DNA from: Legionellales bacterium
GTDB taxonomy: Bacteria > Pseudomonadota > Gammaproteobacteria > Berkiellales > Berkiellaceae
Length of the DNA: 32,000 nucleotides
Direction: 5' to 3'
Assembly: GCA_002708265.1 (NCBI GenBank)
Contig: PANA01000005.1
Coordinates: 208,216-240,215, forward strand
The notes beneath the pieces are model-generated. The model made no database searches. It was not told the origin of the DNA and worked only from the letters and a program-made list of their open reading frames with translations. Numbering within the stretch: the first letter of the stretch is position 1; each line of letters opens with the position of its first letter. Shown here piece by piece: positions 26,393 through 32,000 of this stretch. A program made the translations under genes and the position numbers.

Positions 26393-27418
26393 TTAGCTCC
26401 CGAAAGAAAATGCTTTTAAAAACCGACTGTCGTTTTCAAATAAGGACCGCAAATCAGAAATGTGGTAGCGTAACATCGTCATTCGGTCGACCCCCATACC
26501 AAAGGCAAAGCCTTGATACTTTTCAGTATCAATGTTGACCGCTTTAAGCACGTTTGGATGAACCATTCCACAGCCCAATACTTCTAGCCAACCTGAACCC
26601 TTACAGATTCGACAACCCGCCCCTTGACAATGTGTGCAGGTAATATCCATTTCAGCGCCTGGCTCAACAAAAGGAAAAAAGGAAGGGCGAAATCGTACTT
26701 TTAGAGACTGCTCAAAAAACTGCTCCATAAAGTCTGCCAAGAATCCTTTTAATGCCGCAAAACTGATCGTCTCATCAACCCATAATCCTTCAATCTGGTG
26801 AAACATTGGGGTATGTGTCACATCAGAATCACATCTAAATACACGCCCAGGTGCTACAATACGAACCGGCGGCTGATGGTTTTCTAAATGACGTATTTGT
26901 ACCGGAGAGGTATGTGTTCTTAATAGATGCCCATCCGGCAGATAAAAGGTATCTTGCATCGCTCGGGCAGGATGGTCTGGCGGAAAATTTAACGCCTCAA
27001 AATTATAGAAGTCAGTTTCAATCTCAGGACCAGTAGCAACTGAAAATCCCATCTGTTCAAACAGTGAAATCATTCTATGCATGGTTTTAGTCACGGGGTG
27101 TAGCCCACCACAGGTATCACCACGAGGCGCAAGCGTTACATCACAAGTTTCCTTTTGAAGCTGCAAATTAATCGCTTGCTGATTCAGTGCTTCTGACTTT
27201 TCTAACAGTTTGGTTTCAAGAGCTTGTTTTGCTTCATTGACCTTTTGACCAAAGGCAGGCCTTTCGTCAGTCGGTAAAGACTTAAGGGATTTCATCAAAT
27301 CACTCAGTTTTCCTTTTTTACCAAGATACTGGGATTTGATTTGCACCACATCATTAGAGGTTTGAGCCCCTTCAAGCGCTTCAAGCGCCTCAGCGAGTAA
27401 GGCTTGGATGTCAGACAT
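26393..27418 (-). CDS. pheS: phenylalanine--tRNA ligase alpha subunit
   Basis: It has FRCDSDVTHTPMFHQIEG, WLEVLGCGMVHPNVL and GFAFGMGVDRMTMLRY motifs. Its position upstream of pheT is conserved. Confidence 0.95.
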   Translation of the reverse strand: MSDIQALLAEALEALEGAQTSNDVVQIKSQYLGKKGKLSDLMKSLKSLPTDERPAFGQKVNEAKQALETKLLEKSEALNQQAINLQLQKETCDVTLAPRGDTCGGLHPVTKTMHRMISLFEQMGFSVATGPEIETDFYNFEALNFPPDHPARAMQDTFYLPDGHLLRTHTSPVQIRHLENHQPPVRIVAPGRVFRCDSDVTHTPMFHQIEGLWVDETISFAALKGFLADFMEQFFEQSLKVRFRPSFFPFVEPGAEMDITCTHCQGAGCRICKGSGWLEVLGCGMVHPNVLKAVNIDTEKYQGFAFGMGVDRMTMLRYHISDLRSLFENDSRFLKAFSFGS

Positions 27419-27483
27419 AAGACGGCCACTTTTTCACTATCAAGATGACTCATCCTACCATAGCTCGAGCGTGTATGCAGGGC

Positions 27484-27993
27484 CTAGTCGCGCTGAATAC
27501 AGACGACTCGACCACCTCGCTTTCGGCAGTGTAGGTTGGGCTCTTTAGCGCAATACCAGTGCCCCTCAATTCGTGAGCAGTTATACCCACAAACCTTTTC
27601 ACCAGAGCCATCAGCACGGCACTCATACTGAGCCTGATGCTTAGGATGAATTCTAACCCGAGGGGTGGCCTGATGCGTGGAAGCCTCGGGGGCATATTTT
27701 GAGACTTGAGTCGTCACAGGATGGTTTCGTTGGGCTTCAACATATCCGTCACGATAGCCTTGCTGAACATCAGCTTGAACGGCATCGGGACATTTTTCAG
27801 CCACTAGAGGCCGCATGGGATAATGCGCAGCAGCATCATTGTTCCCCAATGCATAGGCTTTGTCATATGAGCACACTCGATAGCGGTAACTTTCGTCCAT
27901 ACGCTCTTGAAGGTGACTAAGACCACTACAGCCAGAAAGAAAAAGGCTCAGAATGAGGACCATCCTGAGCCTGTTGAAATCAACCATATGCAC
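27484..27993 (-). CDS. hypothetical Cys-rich lipoprotein
   Basis: It has a signal peptide with lipobox (RMVLILSLFLSGC). The mature part holds 9 further cysteines, including ECRADGSGEKVCGYNCSRIEGHWYCAKEPNLHCRKRGGRVVC. A GTG start at 27993 lies 6 nt after an AAGGA that spans the rplT stop (an alternative ATG is at 27987). It fills the whole rplT-pheS spacer on the same strand. Confidence 0.6.
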   Translation of the reverse strand: MHMVDFNRLRMVLILSLFLSGCSGLSHLQERMDESYRYRVCSYDKAYALGNNDAAAHYPMRPLVAEKCPDAVQADVQQGYRDGYVEAQRNHPVTTQVSKYAPEASTHQATPRVRIHPKHQAQYECRADGSGEKVCGYNCSRIEGHWYCAKEPNLHCRKRGGRVVCIQRD

Positions 27994-28002
27994 TTGAAAT
28001 CC

Positions 28003-28386
28003 TTAGGCAGCAGCCTGTGCATCTGGTGCGTTAGCTAACGCGTCTTTCGCTTGAGCAGCGATAGCAGTGAATGCGGTTGCATCAAAAACTGCGAGCTCAG
28101 CCAAAATCTTTCTATCAACTTCAACGCCAGCCAGTTTAAGACCAGACATTAGACGAGAGTAAGAAAGACCATTTTCACGAGCTGCCGCGTTAATACGGGT
28201 AATCCACAGCGCTCTGAATTGACGTTTGCGTTGACGACGGTCACGGTATGCGTATTGACCCGCTTTTAGAACCGCTTGCTTAGCAACTTTGTAGCAACGT
28301 GAACGAGCACCATAGTACCCTTTCGCTTGCTTTAAAACTTTTTTATGACGACGACGGGCAGTAACACCACGTTTTACTCGAGACAT
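28003..28386 (-). CDS. rplT: 50S ribosomal protein L20
   Basis: [30 protein letters not shown]...[26 protein letters not shown] is nearly identical to E. coli L20. It has a short Ala-rich C-terminal extension. Confidence 0.95.
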   Translation of the reverse strand: MSRVKRGVTARRRHKKVLKQAKGYYGARSRCYKVAKQAVLKAGQYAYRDRRQRKRQFRALWITRINAAARENGLSYSRLMSGLKLAGVEVDRKILAELAVFDATAFTAIAAQAKDALANAPDAQAAA

Positions 28387-28387
28387 A

Positions 28388-28612
28388 CTACACCCCCTCC
28401 ACGTTTAACATTCTCTTAATCATTACTTCATCTGATTTGCAAGCAACGCCATTAGCACGTGCATCACGCATCTGCTTAGTGGTACGAGAGGTGTTGTAGT
28501 GACTTCGGTTAGCACGACGGAATCGAACTTTACCTGAGCCAGTAACCTTAAAACGCTTCAAAGCGCCTTTAAGAGTCTTGAGCTTGTTTTTCTTAACTTT
28601 GGACTTAGCCAT
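28388..28612 (-). CDS. rpmI: 50S ribosomal protein L35
   Basis: It is a small basic protein with the [11 protein letters not shown] core. It sits between infC and rplT, and its stop is 1 nt from the rplT start. Confidence 0.88.
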   Translation of the reverse strand: MAKSKVKKNKLKTLKGALKRFKVTGSGKVRFRRANRSHYNTSRTTKQMRDARANGVACKSDEVMIKRMLNVEGV

Positions 28613-28632
28613 TTGAAACTCCGCTATTTGTT

Positions 28633-29214
28633 TCAGTTGTTCTTTTTAATAGGCGCTACAATCATAATTAATTGTCGCCCTTCCAATTTTGGCATTTGCT
28701 CAACGTTTCCAGTGTCGCCAATTTCAGCTACAAGACGCTTCAACAACTCCATACCAATTTGTTGGTGGGTTATTTCACGACCTCTGAACCGAATAGTGAC
28801 TTTCACTTTGTCGCCAGATGCCAAGAAGCTCATCAGGTTGCGTAGTTTTACCTGATAATCTCCTTCCTCAGTCACCGGACGGAACTTGATCTCTTTTAAC
28901 TTGACGATTTTCTGCTTTTTACGCTTCTTTTTTTCGTCAAACAAAAATTTACCATAGTCCATAATCCGAACGACTGGCGGCTTCGCGTTTGGCGAAACCT
29001 CTACCAAATCCAGATCTAACGCTTCAGCTTTTCTCAAAGCATCATCACGGGACATTATCCCTATTAGTTCTGCATCAGCATTTCCTGTCTCATCAACCAA
29101 CAGTCCTTCTGGGTCAACGAGTCGAACTTGTCTAGCTGTGATGAATCGGTTGACCCGAATCTTATTGTTACCGCCTTTTTGGCGACCTTGGCTATTATTG
29201 CCAGCAGGGCCCAT
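28633..29214 (-). CDS. infC: translation initiation factor IF-3
   Basis: [41 protein letters not shown] and [17 protein letters not shown] match E. coli IF3. The track start at 29256 would overlap thrS. An ATG at 29214 follows GGGGGAAGGA with a 7-nt spacing, 17 nt after the thrS stop. Confidence 0.9.
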   Translation of the reverse strand: MGPAGNNSQGRQKGGNNKIRVNRFITARQVRLVDPEGLLVDETGNADAELIGIMSRDDALRKAEALDLDLVEVSPNAKPPVVRIMDYGKFLFDEKKKRKKQKIVKLKEIKFRPVTEEGDYQVKLRNLMSFLASGDKVKVTIRFRGREITHQQIGMELLKRLVAEIGDTGNVEQMPKLEGRQLIMIVAPIKKNN

Positions 29215-29233
29215 TACCAAATCCTTCCCCCTA

Positions 29234-31138
29234 TTAAAGACTGTTGCATTCCTCACTTAGGTGCTTCGATAACGCTTCAAGCGTCATCGGCCCTAAATCT
29301 TCCCCATCACGTCGTCGAACCGAGAGGGTACACGATTGTTCCTCTTTGTCACCAACCACAATCAGATAAGGGATCTTTTGCAAGGTACGCTCGCGAATTT
29401 TAAAGCCTATCTTCTCATTTCTCAAGTCAGTTATTGCTCTAAACCCAAGTTTTTTCAACTTATCGGTCATTTTTTGAGCATATGGGGCATGTTTGTCAGT
29501 GATATTCATCACAACTACCTGATCAGGGGCAAGCCAAACCGGCAAGTTTCCAGCATGCTCTTCGATCAGTATCCCCAAGAAACGCTCAAAGGTCCCTAAG
29601 ATTGCTCGGTGTAACATCACAGGATGCTGCTTAGAGCCATCCTCTGCAATATAAGTAGCACCAAGGCGCTCAGGCATAGAAAAGTCGACTTGGATCGTCC
29701 CACATTGCCATAATCGACCAATTGAATCTTTTAGAGTAAATTCAATCTTAGGGCCATAGAAGGCCCCCTCACCTGGCAGGAGCTCCCAGTCTAGCCCTTT
29801 GTCATCTAGTGCCACTTCAAGTGCCTTTTCAGACTTGTCCCAAATCTCATCACTACCAACACGTTGCTCTGGTCTTGTGGACAAGCGAACTAAAATCTTT
29901 TCAAAGCCTAAACGCTTATAGACTTCAAACAGCAGATCAATGAAGCTACTAACTTCGCTCTGAATCTGGTTTTCTGTACAAAAAATATGCGCATCATCTT
30001 GAACAAAGTTTCTTACGCGCATTAAACCATGAAGCGCTCCAGTTGGCTCGTAACGATGACAGGAACCAAATTCCGCTAAGCGCAAAGGTAAATCACGGTA
30101 ACTTTTTAGACCTTGGTTAAACACCTGGATATGACACGGACAATTCATTGGCTTTACCGCATAAGTGCGCCCTTCTGTGTCCACAGTAAACATATTCTCA
30201 CGAAACTTATCCCAGTGACCTGATTGCTGCCACAAGGTGTTTTCAACCATCTGTGGTGTATTAATTTCCTGGTAGTCATGCGCTTCTAATACTTTACGAA
30301 TGTACTGCTGTAGAACCTGATAAATACGCCAACCTCGTGGATGCCAAAAGACCATCCCTGGCGCTTCATTTTGGATGTGGAACAAGTCTAAATCTTTCGC
30401 AATTTTGCGATGATCTCTTTTTGCTGCTTCTTCCAGCATGTTGATATAGGATTTAAGATCTTTACTATTCTTCCAAGCTGTTCCATAAACCCGCTGAAGC
30501 ATTGCGTTCTTAGCGTCTCCGCGCCAGTATGCCCCCGCTACCTTGAGCAATTTAAAAGCCTTGATATGCCCTGTGTTTGGTACGTGAGGCCCTCGACAAA
30601 GATCGATAAAGTCCCCTTGGCGATAAAAGCTTAAAACTTCACCTTCAGGCAAGTCTTTAATAATCTCAACTTTATAGGCTTCGCCCATTTTTTCAAACAA
30701 AGCAATCGCTTCTTCGCGCGTTTTGACTTCACGTTGAACACTAAGCTTTTCCTTAGTAATCTCAAGCATCTTTTTTTCAAATAATGCCAAGTCTTCAGGA
30801 GTAAAAGCACGCTCAAAAGCAAAATCGTAATAAAAACCATCCTCAATGACAGGACCAATAGTTACTTGAGCAGTTGGATAAACGGATTGGACGGCTTGAG
30901 CAAGCAAGTGAGCACAGGAGTGTCGAATAATGTCCAGCCCCTCTGGGTCCTTTTCGGTGATAATAGCAAGCTGGGTATCTTCTGTAATTTCAAAAGAAGT
31001 ATCGACCAAACGATCATTGACTCGTCCTGCTAAAGCAGCAGCGGCAAGACCTGCCCCTATGCTTTGTGCTACCTGGAATACCGTTACTGGCTGGTCAAAA
31101 GACTTCTGAGCACCATCCGGCAAAGTAATTGTTGGCAT
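29234..31138 (-). CDS. thrS: threonine--tRNA ligase
   Basis: The 634-aa product has an N-terminal TGS-like MPTITLPDG, the editing-domain [11 protein letters not shown] and class II motifs ([27 protein letters not shown]). Its position upstream of infC is conserved. Confidence 0.95.
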   Translation of the reverse strand: MPTITLPDGAQKSFDQPVTVFQVAQSIGAGLAAAALAGRVNDRLVDTSFEITEDTQLAIITEKDPEGLDIIRHSCAHLLAQAVQSVYPTAQVTIGPVIEDGFYYDFAFERAFTPEDLALFEKKMLEITKEKLSVQREVKTREEAIALFEKMGEAYKVEIIKDLPEGEVLSFYRQGDFIDLCRGPHVPNTGHIKAFKLLKVAGAYWRGDAKNAMLQRVYGTAWKNSKDLKSYINMLEEAAKRDHRKIAKDLDLFHIQNEAPGMVFWHPRGWRIYQVLQQYIRKVLEAHDYQEINTPQMVENTLWQQSGHWDKFRENMFTVDTEGRTYAVKPMNCPCHIQVFNQGLKSYRDLPLRLAEFGSCHRYEPTGALHGLMRVRNFVQDDAHIFCTENQIQSEVSSFIDLLFEVYKRLGFEKILVRLSTRPEQRVGSDEIWDKSEKALEVALDDKGLDWELLPGEGAFYGPKIEFTLKDSIGRLWQCGTIQVDFSMPERLGATYIAEDGSKQHPVMLHRAILGTFERFLGILIEEHAGNLPVWLAPDQVVVMNITDKHAPYAQKMTDKLKKLGFRAITDLRNEKIGFKIRERTLQKIPYLIVVGDKEEQSCTLSVRRRDGEDLGPMTLEALSKHLSEECNSL

Positions 31139-31256
31139 CCGTCCACCCGTGCGCTATCTAAAACTAAGCCGATAAGATAACCCGGATTGAGCTGGTTGAA
31201 AAGACAAACCATAAAGAAAGTCATTTAACCTATGAACTCGACTAAGCCTCTTAGCC

Positions 31257-32000
31257 CTAGTGAGGTCTTTCTCTACCCATGCCCAGCACGCTCTGTCTTC
31301 CGGTTGGTGGTGCTTTAAAGCTTACCCCTTTTCCAACCCCTTCTTGGAGCAAAGCTTTGAACTCTTCAGACCAGGTTTTCGCTAATCTAGATGGCACACC
31401 TCGAGTAGACGATAATTCCTGACTTCGGGTTAAATCTGCATCCACTGGATTGTAGACTTGAGCGGGGTCCCTTTGATATATCCAGTCACGCTCAGCTTGC
31501 CCTGCCACTTTTGCAAGTGATTTTCGATAAACATGCGTCAAATATTTCCCCTTATGAATCTTATCGATCTTGGAAAATGCTCCTTTTAGGCCTGCTCGCA
31601 CGTCATTATAAAACTCATCTAGAGTCTGACCTTCTTTAGGCTTGACCTCTAAGAATATCGGTTGAGCGTAATTTGTTGGCAAAAATGCAAACGGCAGTTG
31701 TACATATCCTGCTTCAGGCTCACAATCAAAATACGTTCTTAAATCTGCTTTGCGACGAACCCCTTGCTTACAAACCACATTAAACCCTTCCGCTTGCAAA
31801 GACTCTAGAATAATTGCTGGCTCATCAAAAAGCCTTGTTGAAGAATTCGATCGCTTTATTTGATTTAGTTCAGCTAAGCTTAGTTTTCGAACAGTTTGTT
31901 TTTCACGCTTGCTAAAAGCAGCATCTGCTTGCAATGTTGGTTGTGTACTTTCAAAGGCTCGTCTTGCTTCATCTCGCGCGGCTTCTGCTTCTCGCAGTTT
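31257..32000 (-). CDS. hypothetical protein, N-terminally truncated by the window edge
   Basis: The listed start at 31934 is TTG. The same frame stays open through nt 32000 (KLREAEAARDEARRAFESTQPT-LQADAAF...), so the gene probably starts outside the window. No family or motif was recognised. Confidence 0.5.
   Translation of the reverse strand, partial: KLREAEAARDEARRAFESTQPTLQADAAFSKREKQTVRKLSLAELNQIKRSNSSTRLFDEPAIILESLQAEGFNVVCKQGVRRKADLRTYFDCEPEAGYVQLPFAFLPTNYAQPIFLEVKPKEGQTLDEFYNDVRAGLKGAFSKIDKIHKGKYLTHVYRKSLAKVAGQAERDWIYQRDPAQVYNPVDADLTRSQELSSTRGVPSRLAKTWSEEFKALLQEGVGKGVSFKAPPTGRQSVLGMGRERPH

Noticed and set aside
27419-27483. A pheM-like Phe-rich leader peptide or attenuator upstream of pheS.
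   Set aside because: The only mini-ORF is ATG-GTA-GGA-TGA. There is no phenylalanine codon run and no obvious alternative terminator/antiterminator pairing.
27450-27920. ORFs 27450..27695 (minus) and 27699..27920 (plus) overlapping the lipoprotein gene.
   Set aside because: They are out of frame with or antisense to the longer ORF, which has a proper signal peptide, lipobox and coupled SD. They have no features of their own.
27484-27993. Elevated GC of the lipoprotein gene as evidence for horizontal acquisition.
   Set aside because: A hand count of five 60-nt lines gives 154/300 (51%), but sampled housekeeping lines range from 37% to 52% (mean about 46%). The difference is too small to call without a proper windowed calculation.
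29215-29256. The ORF-track N-terminal extension of infC ([14 protein letters not shown]).
   Set aside because: It would overlap thrS by 23 nt and lacks an SD. The ATG at 29214 has a strong SD and gives an N-terminus of normal length for IF3.
1-32000. Canonical E. coli-type Ter core (GTTGTAAC) or a dif site (GGTGCGCATAA-TGTATA-TTATGTTAAAT) anywhere in the window.
   Set aside because: A visual scan found only partial look-alikes, for example CTTGTAAC at about 2934, GATTGTAAT at about 21487 and ATTTAACCTAT at about 31224. Their flanking positions do not match. A by-eye scan is not exhaustive, so a pattern search with mismatches should be run.

Overview
This is a chromosomal window from a moderately AT-rich Gammaproteobacterium. 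The taxon cannot be assigned from sequence alone. The gene content, plus large orphan proteins, resembles Legionellales-type intracellular bacteria, but that is inference. The recognisable backbone includes a partial MFS transporter, a 1.6-kaa NAD-glutamate dehydrogenase, an M48/TPR lipoprotein protease, hemH and pepN. It also holds a prkA-yeaH-spoVR operon, a DUF2797 gene, a SAM methyltransferase, tRNA-Pro(GGG) and the conserved thrS-infC-rpmI-rplT-pheS-pheT-ihfA cluster. No rRNA, CRISPR array, IS element or transposase, or prophage gene was seen. Items worth follow-up: (1) a divergent Tus-like (replication terminus binding) protein. (2) Two orphan proteins of 920 and 960 aa, and a third orphan ORF that runs off the 3' edge; these are candidate secreted effectors. 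The 960-aa gene abuts the 3' side of tRNA-Pro, is AT-richer in hand counts, has an acidic C-terminal block, and has a leader hairpin that can sequester its Shine-Dalgarno (SD) sequence. (3) A Cys-rich lipoprotein gene sits between rplT and pheS. (4) PheT lacks its N-terminal tRNA-binding OB domain. (5) All five convergent gene junctions overlap, four by exactly 4 nt through shared stop codons. The ORF track prints M for non-ATG starts. I verified TTG or GTG at 147, 5572, 5710, 7963, 19948, 27993 and 31934, and refined several starts by hand. All homology calls are by-eye comparisons with remembered family sequences and motifs. No database search was run.
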